Origin: Barthelona sp. PCE
Taxonomy: Eukaryota
Direction of reading: 5' to 3'
Length of the DNA: 64,000 nt
Assembly: GCA_040285745.1 (NCBI GenBank)
Contig: JAUFOR010000008.1
Span: 1,240,001 to 1,304,000, forward strand
Position numbers and translations under genes: made by a program. The first letter of the stretch is position 1, and every line of letters begins with the position of its first letter. Positions 50,254 through 61,454 of the stretch are shown piece after piece. A model generated the notes under the pieces. That model did no database searches, had not been told where the DNA came from, and was given only the letters and a program-made list of their open reading frames with translations.

Positions 50254-51798
50254 ATGTTAGATTTAATCGGTTTCAAGGGTCTCATTGGATATGCCGTGTA
50301 TTTTGTTATCATATGCATTATTTGCGTTTGGCAAATTAACAAACTAGCAGATCCTGAACAGTCAGAGGGTAGCTCCAAGACTGTGGCGGCTGTCGGCATG
50401 ATCATTGCCTTCATGGCGTTATCCATCATCCCAATTGACGTGTTCAACGTTAACAATGCTGATGCTGTTTCATGGGACGTGTATGACACTCGTGCAACCA
50501 CTATTAAGGCCGTGTACATCATTGTATTCGTCCTCATGATACTGTACATGTTTGTCCTCGTTCCTTTGGTCTACTTTTACTATGAGGAGGGTGAGATTCA
50601 CAGTTCATCTGACCGTATGCGTGCGGCCATCCGCTATACCGTCATGTTCCTCGTGATACTGCTGATACTGATCGTGGCAGGCATTTTTTTCGGCCCATCA
50701 CTCGATAATCTCGACCCCGACCTCGATTGGGCAAAGAAGGTCCTCTCAGACTCGCTCACCCTCAACGCCCTCTACTTTGTGGTTGGCATCTTTGCTGCAA
50801 TAGGTGTTGTCATATTTGTCCTCTTTACTGGCTTTGGTATGGCATGGATTCCGATTCGTATGATGGCTTTACCGTGTCTGTCTGGTGAATCTTTCTTCTC
50901 ACAAGAGAAGAAGAGCCTTAATAAGCTCATTAATTCCACGTCAAGAAACGAGCCTGCTTCAACAACTGGGCGTTTTAATGCTGTTTCTAAGAAACGTAGC
51001 TCTTACGGATATACCAGCGTTCGCACCGTCAACGATAAGCAGAAGGCCCTCGAGGAGAAGATATCAAAGTACGATCGGAACAGAAAACTTCTGGCTCCTT
51101 TCAGTGTAATTCTTGGTATCCTTCTCTTTTTCTCCAATCTCTGCATTGTAATCGCCCTGGCGTTCACAGCACTGGGAACTTTCGGCGGTGCTGACTTTGC
51201 AGAATACACCAATGTGAATTTTGTTGACAAGTTGATTGGTGTTTTGATTGATTACACCCCGATGGATTTCATTGCGTTTTCAGTCATTATCCTGCTCCTG
51301 TTCTTCATCACGATGCAGGCCATCATCCGCCTGGACATTGGATGCCTCGTGTGTTCCCTGTTTAAGTTGGAAAAGAAAAAGTCAGATACTCAGGCACTCC
51401 TTCTCTTCGGTGTATACATGGCATTCTTCCTTTTTGCACAGTCGCAGGTCCTGTATACGCTGACGCCCCAGTACGCGACGTTCGGGTCGCTCACGTACAT
51501 CAATGAGACAACAATCGACATTGTGACGGGTGAAACGCATAACGTTACTTTACCTTGCTCTTGGTCAGCTTTGAACGATACAAGGCCCCTTGACCCGAGT
51601 GCCCCATCACTTTGCGTGCCTTCAGAGATGGCAAAGGTTCACCAGTCATTGATTTTGAACCCCATATTCAAGCAAATTTTCACCTACGCCAATGTTGGCT
51701 TCATTGCTATTTATGTTCTGGCAACATTCTATAGTCTGGTAACAGCAATGGCACCGAAAAAGGTTGAGGAGGACGAACTTCGTAGACCGTATGTTTAA
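50254..51798 (+). CDS. LMBR1-domain membrane protein (LMBD1-like)
   Basis: IIPIDVF, FVLVPLVYFYYEE, TGFGMAWIP, LTPQYATFG. Confidence 0.82.
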   Translation: MLDLIGFKGLIGYAVYFVIICIICVWQINKLADPEQSEGSSKTVAAVGMIIAFMALSIIPIDVFNVNNADAVSWDVYDTRATTIKAVYIIVFVLMILYMFVLVPLVYFYYEEGEIHSSSDRMRAAIRYTVMFLVILLILIVAGIFFGPSLDNLDPDLDWAKKVLSDSLTLNALYFVVGIFAAIGVVIFVLFTGFGMAWIPIRMMALPCLSGESFFSQEKKSLNKLINSTSRNEPASTTGRFNAVSKKRSSYGYTSVRTVNDKQKALEEKISKYDRNRKLLAPFSVILGILLFFSNLCIVIALAFTALGTFGGADFAEYTNVNFVDKLIGVLIDYTPMDFIAFSVIILLLFFITMQAIIRLDIGCLVCSLFKLEKKKSDTQALLLFGVYMAFFLFAQSQVLYTLTPQYATFGSLTYINETTIDIVTGETHNVTLPCSWSALNDTRPLDPSAPSLCVPSEMAKVHQSLILNPIFKQIFTYANVGFIAIYVLATFYSLVTAMAPKKVEEDELRRPYV

Positions 51799-51876
51799 AG
51801 TAAATGTAAGTAATAGAGTGTTTTCTCATTCCAGTCCTTATTCATTACTTTTTTTGGGGTGCATGAAATAAGCAGT

Positions 51877-54744
51877 ATGACATCAGTGACCGTTCGAGAA
51901 CGGATTAAGTACCTAAAAAGCGAAATTAAAGGTTTCGAAAGATCATTTCAACAAATTAATGGCCGAAAACCAACAAAAAAAGATATCACTGTGACGATTT
52001 CGCAGTATATAGTGGAGTTTAAGACGTTAAAATCGCAATTGAAAGACAAAAAGACGAAACTTACTGATCATATACAAGGAGAGGTAAGACCTCGCTCTAC
52101 GATTACACCCAGGAGTATATCTAGAGGTACCCCCTTCTCACCAGTGACTCCAAGCTCTCCATCAAGCGCTGTGTCACAGTTTTCTCCAATATCGATTCTA
52201 AAACCCTTCAGCCCTGCGAATATTAGCCCCCCTTCCCTGCCCATGGCATCTGCTCCAGAGCAACCAGGATCTGTCTTTGAGATCATTCGACCTGCAGCGA
52301 AACATGCACAGCCTTATCAAAGCATCTTTTCTTCTTCTACCAATCCCAAAATGATAGTTCAAGCGACATCACCTGTTTCTCCGGGTCCGGTGATGAGTCC
52401 TATGAGCCCGTGGGAACGTGAAGACGAGGAGGCAACAAGCCCTAATTTCTTGAGCGATGACGATCCGATAGAGAGCCCTGGGTTCGAGCCTGCGCCTTAC
52501 GTATCGCCCGTGCAGAGGCGCTCGAAAAGTAAGCAACTCAGGATAACGACAAAGCTGGATTTTGATATGCCTGCATCCCAGCTGGCTGCCTGTCGCACTC
52601 TAGAGTTTCTCGAGACCACAACCAAAAAACAGCGCGTGTACAGCAGTCGCAGACACACAAAATCATCTTTCAAAGCAAGAAGGGGTGGCCGTAGAAAACT
52701 TGTTGAGGATTTGGAGGTGAGCGACACGTTTGACAGATTCGAAAAGAAAAGAACCGACTCTCTGAGTATTAAGCAGAACCCACGCATGATTGGGCGATCT
52801 CTTGCTGAGTATTTTGACAGCCGAGACATTGAGCCGAGACAATACCAAACGGAAGTGGTACACTCCATAATACAGAATAAGAACACGCTTCTCATCGCAC
52901 CGACTGGCTACGGAAAATCAGTTACGTACCAGATCGCTGCAGAAATCGCAATAGAGGAAAACAGAGGTGTTGTTGTCGTCATTGCTCCTCTAATTTCACT
53001 AATGGACGACCAAATACGTACTCTACCACCGCGTCTTCAGGAGAGAACGGGTGTTTTCAAGTACGGGGGCGCAAACGAGACGGTTTTGAAGGGCGTGATT
53101 GATGGTACCATAAAAATAGTTTTCCTCGCAGTGGAGCGTTTAAGCACCCCTATTTTCGCAAGGTTTATGGCAGCGTGCACTGTAGCGTTTGTTGTCATCG
53201 ATGAGGCCCACTGTATTTCAGAATGGAGTCATACATTTCGCCCAGCATATTTTGACATTCCCGTTAAGTTCACAAAGGATACCCCCTTCCTGGGCTTGAC
53301 CGCGACTGCCAGTCAGCGTGTGATTCGGTCAATATCAGCGTACCTTGGCATAGAAAATGTCTTCAGACCGCCGAAAATTATCAACACATGCTACAACTAT
53401 CGTGGTATTCTCTGTCGCAACTTTGAGGACCGCATGCGTGTCTTCTATGACGTTGTGAAGCGCCTTGGACCCAACGATAAGCTGTTGGTTTACTTCAATT
53501 TTACGCAACACATTGAGGCTGTGCAGGATATGCTCCAACGTAAAAAAGTCCCGTGCGCAACGTACTACGGTAGAAAAAACACACAGGATAAGGAGTTCGC
53601 GCAGAATGCCTTCCTCGAGGGTAAGATTCGCATTCTGTTGATCACCACTTCATTTGCAATGGGCATAGATATACCTGACATCACCAGGCTCGTTATGTTC
53701 AGCGTCCCACGTTCCCCTGAGATGTTCGTGCAGGTAGGAGGCCGTGTGGGTCGTGGAGACCCGTCCAAAACGTACCCAATTGACATTCTTTTTGACCGCA
53801 ATGAGTTCTACACAGTACACACATCCATAGCCCGCCAGCTCCCTCCAAAGGCACACCTGGTGGATGCTGTGAGCCGATGGCTGCTCCGAGACACGGCAGA
53901 CGATCGCTGTATTTACTGCTATCATGATCGACTATCAAGTGATCAGACAGACGTTGCGTGTAATATTCTACTTTCTTTGCTACAAAACGCAGGCGTGCCC
54001 GTGAAAAAGACACCTCAGAAGACGGCAATTATGCTAAGAATCAAGTTCGCGTCGATGGACGACCGAGTCCAGAAGAATATGGTCCCTTCCTTTTTTAATG
54101 TATTGCGGGCTGCCTCCGTTCCTCACCCGTTCCAGCGGCAGTTCTTCATGGTCAACATGCTGAATCTCCTCGAGGATGGAATGAGTCTAGAGGATGCAAA
54201 AGCTGAGGTCGACCACCTGAAGCAGGAGAAGTTGCTGACGGCCGTCTTCGTTGACCGAAACTGGCTGGTGTCCTCGATCGAAATGGACACCGATTTTAGC
54301 ATACTGCAGGCTACTGACCTGGCCCATGAGTGCAACACCAGATTCTGCGCGATTAATAGTGTCAATGCAGCACGCTTTCAATATCTCTCGGACAGAATCC
54401 ATAAGCGATGCCGTCACAGCACGTTCGAGGATGTCACAAACTCGATGAACAACAGCTTGATGGAGTACCTGAACCACGAAACAGGAACGCTGCAGGTTGA
54501 TAATAGTGACTTATTTTTACCTTTGGACGAGGATGTGAAGCGCGATATAGAGACTTATTATGCGTCAGTTGTCACCCGTGAGCCTCGCCTTGCAGGTTAT
54601 AACTTCTACAATCAACTATACGCCACTCAACAGGATAGGAGAATATCCACGGTCGTAAACGAGACGGAACAGTTGCAGCACGACATCAACGACATCATTA
54701 TTTACATAGAACAGTTAGCAGAAGATGCAGAGAAAGTGATGTAA
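51877..54744 (+). CDS. RECQL4: RecQ4-like DNA helicase with an Sld2-like N-terminus
   Basis: LKSEIKGFERSFQQINGRKPTKKDI; PTGYGKS; DEAHCISEWSHTFRPAY; LTATA; FAMGID. Confidence 0.8.
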   Translation: MTSVTVRERIKYLKSEIKGFERSFQQINGRKPTKKDITVTISQYIVEFKTLKSQLKDKKTKLTDHIQGEVRPRSTITPRSISRGTPFSPVTPSSPSSAVSQFSPISILKPFSPANISPPSLPMASAPEQPGSVFEIIRPAAKHAQPYQSIFSSSTNPKMIVQATSPVSPGPVMSPMSPWEREDEEATSPNFLSDDDPIESPGFEPAPYVSPVQRRSKSKQLRITTKLDFDMPASQLAACRTLEFLETTTKKQRVYSSRRHTKSSFKARRGGRRKLVEDLEVSDTFDRFEKKRTDSLSIKQNPRMIGRSLAEYFDSRDIEPRQYQTEVVHSIIQNKNTLLIAPTGYGKSVTYQIAAEIAIEENRGVVVVIAPLISLMDDQIRTLPPRLQERTGVFKYGGANETVLKGVIDGTIKIVFLAVERLSTPIFARFMAACTVAFVVIDEAHCISEWSHTFRPAYFDIPVKFTKDTPFLGLTATASQRVIRSISAYLGIENVFRPPKIINTCYNYRGILCRNFEDRMRVFYDVVKRLGPNDKLLVYFNFTQHIEAVQDMLQRKKVPCATYYGRKNTQDKEFAQNAFLEGKIRILLITTSFAMGIDIPDITRLVMFSVPRSPEMFVQVGGRVGRGDPSKTYPIDILFDRNEFYTVHTSIARQLPPKAHLVDAVSRWLLRDTADDRCIYCYHDRLSSDQTDVACNILLSLLQNAGVPVKKTPQKTAIMLRIKFASMDDRVQKNMVPSFFNVLRAASVPHPFQRQFFMVNMLNLLEDGMSLEDAKAEVDHLKQEKLLTAVFVDRNWLVSSIEMDTDFSILQATDLAHECNTRFCAINSVNAARFQYLSDRIHKRCRHSTFEDVTNSMNNSLMEYLNHETGTLQVDNSDLFLPLDEDVKRDIETYYASVVTREPRLAGYNFYNQLYATQQDRRISTVVNETEQLQHDINDIIIYIEQLAEDAEKVM

Positions 54745-54754
54745 CAAGAATAAA

Positions 54755-57187
54755 CTAATAATACTCAACGGAAGCTGTGGATGGTGAGAATGCAATGCGA
54801 AAAACATCAGCCTCACCTGGTTCATGTTCTGGCGGTACTATAAGCGGCGTTTCAACTCTGTTGGGCGATTTAATCTTGCTTCTCCATTGAGGGGCAATTC
54901 TAATCGAGAATTTGATTGAGAGATATATTAATAGACGCATTACAAAATAAATTATGCCCAAAAACACAACATTTATCCCAATATTGACGTTTCCGAATCC
55001 ATAGAAGTCAAGAACAGCATCTCCGTCAGTAAACGGACACTGATCGCCAACTAGCTCATCTGGTGTGCAAGTAAAAGCAAGCCCGGCGAATTCGTTGTCG
55101 AGAATGATCTCATACGAATATGTAAGGAAAGAGATATACCTTACCCACGATATAACGCCCAGTGGTCCTGTGGACTCTCCCCCAGCAGCTGAAGTAAAAA
55201 ATCCAGCATATAAGAAGAATAATGTCATTGTTAGAGGACCAAGGATCTGTGCCAGTAACATGTTGTTGGACACTGCTGCTATAAAGAAGCCCCATGATTC
55301 TGCGCACGCTACCGCGAAAAAAAGAGCCATATAAAAGATAAGAAAATGAGTAAAGCTAGGCTGAAAGCCAATAATCCAATACACAATCAGGGAGAACACC
55401 AACGGAAAGAACAGTTGGCCTATCATCCCAAGTAGTGTCTTTGCTAAGAAGTAAGAGAAAGGCGAAAAGAATTTCTCAAACAACTCTCTTCTTAAAACTT
55501 CTTTTTCAGCTTGAAAGCTGGATATAATCGCCTGCACGGGCGAGAAACTCACCAGAAGCAACAAAAAAAACAAAGACCCAAAACGAGTTGCTATTCCTCT
55601 CTGCGTGTTGGGTATTTGGAAGAAAGTAAATGCTGCTAACAACGCCATAACTATCATGAGCAGGAAGCGAGCAAAGAAGAACGACCGGTTGCGCGTGTAC
55701 ACCCTCCACTCACGGCTAAGAAGAGTGAACAGCTGTCGGGTAAACGGAACAGTTATATGAAAGGCTGTCTTGACTGGCTCGTTTGTCTCGTATCTCCTCT
55801 CGTGTTCGGCAGCCTCTTCCATGAACACAGCTCTTCCACTGCGACGGATCTTTGTCAGTGATTGGTCGGGTAGAACCAGCGGGTTACCCTCAGATGATGT
55901 AAGTGCCTCAATGAGTGCATCAGCGGGGTTCTTATTGTCAGCAATCGGGTACCCTTCCTCTGCGATTAGGTTCATGATGGAATCTACGGTACCGTACGCG
56001 ATTACACGACCACCAACAAGAACGACAATTTTGTCAAAGAGAGCGAGCGCCTCAGTCCGCGGTTGGTGTACTGAGAGCACTGTGGGGATGTGTTTAAGCG
56101 CATTGATGTTACGCACGAGCTGCAGTACGGCCTTTGCATTTGACGCATCCAACCCAGTTGTTATTTCGTCGCCTAAAAATAACATGGAACTGCTCAATAG
56201 CTTGAACCCGATATGGACCCTCTTCAGCTCACCTCCTGAAAGCGACACGATGTGGCTCTTCCTCCTATGCCATAATCCCAGCTCTCTGATAAAATAGTCA
56301 GCCAAATTCTCCGCTTGATCCATCGTAAGTCGCAAACGAAGATATGCTGTAAACCGTATGGCTTCCTCAACAGTAAGTGCTCCGTTAATGACGTCTGCTT
56401 GTGGGAGATACGAAATAAGGCCGCTCAAGGAGTAAACACTATTTATATGCATACCATCTGCATAGTAACTTCCGGATAACTCCCCCGACTCTATTCTCCC
56501 AGAAAGCTTATCTAAAAGAGTGCTTTTTGATGATCCTGAGATACCCATGATACCCAACACTTCACCTGGCAGTGTTTTTAAAAAAATCGATCTCAACAGT
56601 TGGACCCCGTGACGCCTTCTTGTAGCATAACTAAGGTCACGTACAAATATGTCAATATGACCTTGTGTCTCAAACGCCAATCTCCTTAAAATTCCACTTC
56701 GAATAACCTCCTCAAAGTATAAATGTTTGCTTTCCAGATCATTCACAACGCTTTCTATCCCTGTTTCGGGTGGAACGGCCATAAAATACATGTGTTGGTC
56801 TGTTTCTACTAACTGAAACCCGTTGTTGAGGTCAAGCACGAACTCCCTGTGTGTTTTAAATACAAACAGCTCTGTACAATCCACATCCACTCCTATCTCA
56901 TGCATGTATGGAGTCAAGGCGGCTGGACTTTGCTCAAATTCATCCAAGAATGATGAATCATGAATCTGAAATTTCTGTGTAACAACACCTTCTGACTCAA
57001 AATCCTCGCGTAAAAGTTCCACGGAGTCATTTTGAACGACAACAAAAACAAAAAAACCTCCTCCTGAAAAGAAACGATAATCTGGCAAGTCTACATAATA
57101 TTGTGTCACCATAATCTCATTTTTAACCCCGTAAACACTAGCTATTCGCATATAGCTACGAATGTTAAGTCTCAAAACCCTCTCCAT
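54755..57187 (-). CDS. ABCG (White-type) half transporter with an N-terminal extension
   Basis: GISGSSKST, LSGGELKR, DEITTGLD, VHQPR, NPAD, C-terminal ABC2 membrane domain. Confidence 0.92.
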   Translation of the reverse strand: MERVLRLNIRSYMRIASVYGVKNEIMVTQYYVDLPDYRFFSGGGFFVFVVVQNDSVELLREDFESEGVVTQKFQIHDSSFLDEFEQSPAALTPYMHEIGVDVDCTELFVFKTHREFVLDLNNGFQLVETDQHMYFMAVPPETGIESVVNDLESKHLYFEEVIRSGILRRLAFETQGHIDIFVRDLSYATRRRHGVQLLRSIFLKTLPGEVLGIMGISGSSKSTLLDKLSGRIESGELSGSYYADGMHINSVYSLSGLISYLPQADVINGALTVEEAIRFTAYLRLRLTMDQAENLADYFIRELGLWHRRKSHIVSLSGGELKRVHIGFKLLSSSMLFLGDEITTGLDASNAKAVLQLVRNINALKHIPTVLSVHQPRTEALALFDKIVVLVGGRVIAYGTVDSIMNLIAEEGYPIADNKNPADALIEALTSSEGNPLVLPDQSLTKIRRSGRAVFMEEAAEHERRYETNEPVKTAFHITVPFTRQLFTLLSREWRVYTRNRSFFFARFLLMIVMALLAAFTFFQIPNTQRGIATRFGSLFFLLLLVSFSPVQAIISSFQAEKEVLRRELFEKFFSPFSYFLAKTLLGMIGQLFFPLVFSLIVYWIIGFQPSFTHFLIFYMALFFAVACAESWGFFIAAVSNNMLLAQILGPLTMTLFFLYAGFFTSAAGGESTGPLGVISWVRYISFLTYSYEIILDNEFAGLAFTCTPDELVGDQCPFTDGDAVLDFYGFGNVNIGINVVFLGIIYFVMRLLIYLSIKFSIRIAPQWRSKIKSPNRVETPLIVPPEHEPGEADVFRIAFSPSTASVEYY

Positions 57188-57245
57188 ATTGCAATAGGGA
57201 TGTTTTTCTATTTACAACTATTTCAGCCAGGTCAGATCAACGCGC

Positions 57246-59180
57246 ATGATTGACTCCGATTCAGATGGGATGGAGACGACCCTGATGCACACAGAACTTC
57301 ACTTTAATCAATTCGGGCCTAACAACAGCGATGATGATAACACTATGATGGATATGACACTTCCTATGATGGCCATACCACAGCAGTCAAAGCAGAATGT
57401 TGCGACCATGAGTCGGCGGAAATCAAAAAAGCACAAAAACGTGAGTATTGATGAGGATGATGATACTACGATGATGGATGTAACCGCGCTTAATACACAT
57501 ATGATAACGGCCCCCAACATGGTCCATGCGATGCCTGGGAGTCGCCAAACAGAAAAAAGTGAGGTTTTTAATGATTCTAGTGATTTGATTGATGACAGCA
57601 TCATGGATGAGACAGAAATGGATATCACCATCGTAGGGTCCTCCCCAGAGCCCTCACCCGTCAAAAAAACAACTCCCATGGAGATGACTGCCATAGAACC
57701 AGAGCAAAAGCCAGAGCCAAAGGTTGAAGCAAGTTTGGGTGGCTTTAGTTTAGATGACATGCTTAACAACATTAAGTCACAAATAACAACCGACCTGGAG
57801 CACCGCGATGCGCAGCTTGAGAGCATCGGTCAATTTGAATCATTTGCGGAGTACATTACAAATCAGAATCTTCTAAGCGATGTGACAAAGGGTCAGCCGC
57901 GGCTTATCACAGTGACTGGTGAGGAAATCGACGACAAGCACAGCGCTTCCCATATTGAGACTGCGCTGCTTCTAAGCATGCAGTGTATGAAACAGGGAAC
58001 CACTGATGCGCTCACTGATCTAAAGGGGAGCGCTGACCCAGCCGTCGCAAGCACATACACACCCAAAATGCACCCGTTGTTTAAGCAGAGCGCACCACAA
58101 CGGCTTCAAACTGAGAAGGTAATCCAGAACAAAGCAGCAAAGTATTTCAGGGAACATATGAGCGAGCTCGAGCTTGAGTACGCCACACACATACACAAGG
58201 CGGTTGTTGAGGAAACAGATATGATCAGCGATAGGATGAAAAGCATTGCTCAGTCGAAAGAGCGTATTGAGAACCTAACAGTTCGGGTTGGAGCACATAT
58301 TGATGCGGTCCAGGGTGAGAATGATAAGAAAAGAGATGAACAGAGGGATCTGTTTGCCGAACGCAATCGACTTGAAACAGTATTGGCACAAAAGGCTAGA
58401 AATTTAGATTTACTCATGCAACAATTAAAGAAAAAAGCACCTACTAAGAAAACAAATGTTTGGAGCAAGATGGAAGAGGAACTGAAGGCGGAATTGTCAA
58501 AAATTCAGGAAAAACGTGGTCTATCTTTTAAGGAGGTCACGGAGGATGTAATGTATATCAATGTGCGGCCTCTTATATCCCTCCGCCTTGAAATACTGCC
58601 AGAAACCATGCAAACGAAAGAACTAGGCTTCTCTGTGGGATTCAACCCCTTTCCTGAAAATCGAAACTTTCACCAGGAAGAGCTTGACGTTATACAGGCT
58701 CTATACGAGCAGTACATTGGGCTCATCGATGCTGGGGACCAGATTTCTTGCACAATGAGTGATGTGAGCGAGTGGTTAAGAAGAATCGAGGATTATCGCA
58801 TTCAACTCATAAAGGGAATGGAATTTGTTCTTCTAATCATGCGAAGGACGCTGTTTTCGTTGGATCTGGAAATAGAGAGAGCAGCAGGTCAAGATACTAC
58901 CATTTTTATCGTTATTGACTTGTTTATTGGAAAAATTGCTTACAGCGTCACCGAAAATGCGTTCAGTATATGTAGTGGATTTGAGGCCTGTTATGCCGAC
59001 GTCAACCAAGTTCTTTTGGAAAGTGAAGATAAGATGCAGTTATCCTTAGAAGAAGTACTCACTGAGACTTTCCAGGATAATGTATATACAATGTTGAAAG
59101 AAGTGTATCGGGTTATAGAAATGGAGTATACAGACGTTTTTGATCCTCAGGATAGTTGCATTTTGTATTATTTCGAATAA
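57246..59180 (+). CDS. KNL1/Spc105-like kinetochore scaffold
   Basis: MELT-like repeats (METT, MDMT, MDVT, MDIT, MEMT) after acidic stretches, a central coiled coil and a globular C-terminus. Confidence 0.65.
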   Translation: MIDSDSDGMETTLMHTELHFNQFGPNNSDDDNTMMDMTLPMMAIPQQSKQNVATMSRRKSKKHKNVSIDEDDDTTMMDVTALNTHMITAPNMVHAMPGSRQTEKSEVFNDSSDLIDDSIMDETEMDITIVGSSPEPSPVKKTTPMEMTAIEPEQKPEPKVEASLGGFSLDDMLNNIKSQITTDLEHRDAQLESIGQFESFAEYITNQNLLSDVTKGQPRLITVTGEEIDDKHSASHIETALLLSMQCMKQGTTDALTDLKGSADPAVASTYTPKMHPLFKQSAPQRLQTEKVIQNKAAKYFREHMSELELEYATHIHKAVVEETDMISDRMKSIAQSKERIENLTVRVGAHIDAVQGENDKKRDEQRDLFAERNRLETVLAQKARNLDLLMQQLKKKAPTKKTNVWSKMEEELKAELSKIQEKRGLSFKEVTEDVMYINVRPLISLRLEILPETMQTKELGFSVGFNPFPENRNFHQEELDVIQALYEQYIGLIDAGDQISCTMSDVSEWLRRIEDYRIQLIKGMEFVLLIMRRTLFSLDLEIERAAGQDTTIFIVIDLFIGKIAYSVTENAFSICSGFEACYADVNQVLLESEDKMQLSLEEVLTETFQDNVYTMLKEVYRVIEMEYTDVFDPQDSCILYYFE

Positions 59181-59220
59181 ATAGTGTTGTTTTCATTTTA
59201 TTTCTCCATTTCTGTAATTT

Positions 59221-61431
59221 ATGCGTTCTTCTCACGTGTTTGGGTCATTATCCGACGAAGCTGCGGCGAGAACGCTTCAGGTGCTTAAAAAAAAGGATGC
59301 AGACATTGAAAAGTTACAAGAACTTGTCGAAACCCTTACTTTGAAGATTAAGCAGGAGGGGCACAGCCACATGATCGGGATTGAGGCCATTGAGGATGAG
59401 AAAATGGCTGAACTTGATGAACTGCGCACTGCGCACAAGTATGAAATTGAACAGCTAAAGAATCAATTGGAAGATGCTGGAGTGGCGAAACGTGGTATGG
59501 AAGATGAACACGCCCGTATTGTTGAACAAAGCCAAAAAGCCATTAAGGAAGTTGAAGTTTCTCTTAAAGAGATGGTTGGACAATATAACGAGCTGGAATC
59601 CGTCCACAGGACTGCTCGTGAGACTGTTATCCGTTACGAGGAGAGACTTCGCTCAGAACATAATACAAGGAAATCTCTAGAGAAATTGGTTGAGCATCAG
59701 CAGGAAGAGCTTGACCGAATCAAGCAATTGAATTCACATCAGATTGAACAGCGAGATGCGTCTATAGATGCGCTGAATAAGGAGTTAAAGGAGAATAATG
59801 AGGAGATTCATGAGTTGAAAAAAGTAGTCATGAATGCAGAGGCAACAGAACTTCTTTTGAACGATAAAATCCACACATTGGAGGTGGCCAGCGCCCAACG
59901 TGAGTCCCAGAAGGAGATCGCAGTGTCTGAAAACGTTGAAAGAATCGCTCAACTCCAAGCCGAAGTCTTGAATGCTAAATCCCATTTCCATGCGTTAAAG
60001 TCAGTTTACAATCAGGAACGACTAGAGATATCCGAGCAACTGCAGGAGTATGCCAAAAAGAGCAAGCCTAAACCGCGTAAAAGAAAGAAAGGTGCAAAGA
60101 AGAAAAAACCATCCGCGGCACCTTTGCCTGTTCTTTTATCGGACCATGAAATGCAGCAAAGACTGCTCAAGAAGGAGGTACAGCTCCTGCGTCAGCGCCT
60201 TCTTGACGTTAGGGCAATATTTGGAGATAACCCCACTCGATTAGTAGAGCTCATCAGGCTGCAGACAGCCACGTTCAATTTTGATGATGTCGCTGAACAT
60301 GCTCGCATATCAGTAGTTGCTGAGAACTGGCGCAGTCGTTGCGAGTTACTTGAGAGAGAGATTTCGGACCTGACTGCACAAGTAGAAAAGCTCAGTCAAA
60401 CAAAGGCGAGCGACGTTGAATCTATGCGTATTGAGAGCAAGAGCGTTATGAGGGAGTCGAACGAGAGGTTGCAGAAGGCAATTGCAAAGGCTGCGCGCCT
60501 GGAGAGCGATTTAGAGAATATGCGTTTTGAGTTGAACAGGGTTAAGGAGGAGAGCACTCGTCAGAGATCTATTCTGAAGAACTATAAAACGCAGATCAAG
60601 GCTTTAGAAAGCGAGGTGTCAAGCCTCAATGCTAAAAACGTAACACTTGAAGCCCAGTCACTTTCTGCAAAGCCTGTTTTAGGTCAACTGCAACAGGAAC
60701 TGGATCAACGTCGTTCTGAAATCGATAAATTGAAGAGTGCTGTACACCGCCACCGCATCCGTGCTGAGTCCAACGAAAAGAAGTGTGAGGGTCTTCAAGC
60801 TTCGATCAAGGAAAAGGAAACTACCGCACAACGAACAGAAAAGAAAAACAACAGTCTCATCCATCAGCTAAGAAGGAATATTAAAGAGCATCAATTGGAA
60901 ATCATGGAGTTGAAGAGTGATACGAGCAGATATGACGAACTTACAAGCATTATTTCTGTTAACAAGACGAAATATGAGGACAAGCTCAAAAAATATAAGG
61001 CAGAGATTTCAACTCTTAAAACTGCATTGGATACTGCAAACAGAGAGATTTTGCTGTTTAAGGAAAACGAAGAAGAAGAGGAAAGTGTTGATTATGAAGC
61101 AATTGGCAATCAAATTTCATTACTGTTAAACTCCCTGTTAAAGCTTGTTAACGGGTTCTGGCACTTTGCAAACACACAACCCAGCCTAATCATGGATGAA
61201 TACTCGATACCAGACGATCTGGAGCTCAGCAACGATGATATCGCGGCTGTCACCAACGTCTACAATGCACAACTCGATGCGTTCATGCGTCAGCTGGAAT
61301 CGGTTAACAGGATGTGTATGCAGCTTGATGATGCCGATTCTCTGCACTCTGCAATGAGCTCAATATCGAAGTCGATGGAAATGTACGCATTATTACAAAG
61401 CGAAGTTATCTCAGTACTTAGTGAGAAATAG
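59221..61431 (+). CDS. Coiled-coil protein (736 aa) with an internal Lys-rich segment
   Basis: Heptad-rich ORF; KKSKPKPRKRKKGAKKKK insert. Confidence 0.85.
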   Translation: MRSSHVFGSLSDEAAARTLQVLKKKDADIEKLQELVETLTLKIKQEGHSHMIGIEAIEDEKMAELDELRTAHKYEIEQLKNQLEDAGVAKRGMEDEHARIVEQSQKAIKEVEVSLKEMVGQYNELESVHRTARETVIRYEERLRSEHNTRKSLEKLVEHQQEELDRIKQLNSHQIEQRDASIDALNKELKENNEEIHELKKVVMNAEATELLLNDKIHTLEVASAQRESQKEIAVSENVERIAQLQAEVLNAKSHFHALKSVYNQERLEISEQLQEYAKKSKPKPRKRKKGAKKKKPSAAPLPVLLSDHEMQQRLLKKEVQLLRQRLLDVRAIFGDNPTRLVELIRLQTATFNFDDVAEHARISVVAENWRSRCELLEREISDLTAQVEKLSQTKASDVESMRIESKSVMRESNERLQKAIAKAARLESDLENMRFELNRVKEESTRQRSILKNYKTQIKALESEVSSLNAKNVTLEAQSLSAKPVLGQLQQELDQRRSEIDKLKSAVHRHRIRAESNEKKCEGLQASIKEKETTAQRTEKKNNSLIHQLRRNIKEHQLEIMELKSDTSRYDELTSIISVNKTKYEDKLKKYKAEISTLKTALDTANREILLFKENEEEEESVDYEAIGNQISLLLNSLLKLVNGFWHFANTQPSLIMDEYSIPDDLELSNDDIAAVTNVYNAQLDAFMRQLESVNRMCMQLDDADSLHSAMSSISKSMEMYALLQSEVISVLSEK

Positions 61432-61454
61432 AAGACACTATCAACTATTAACAA

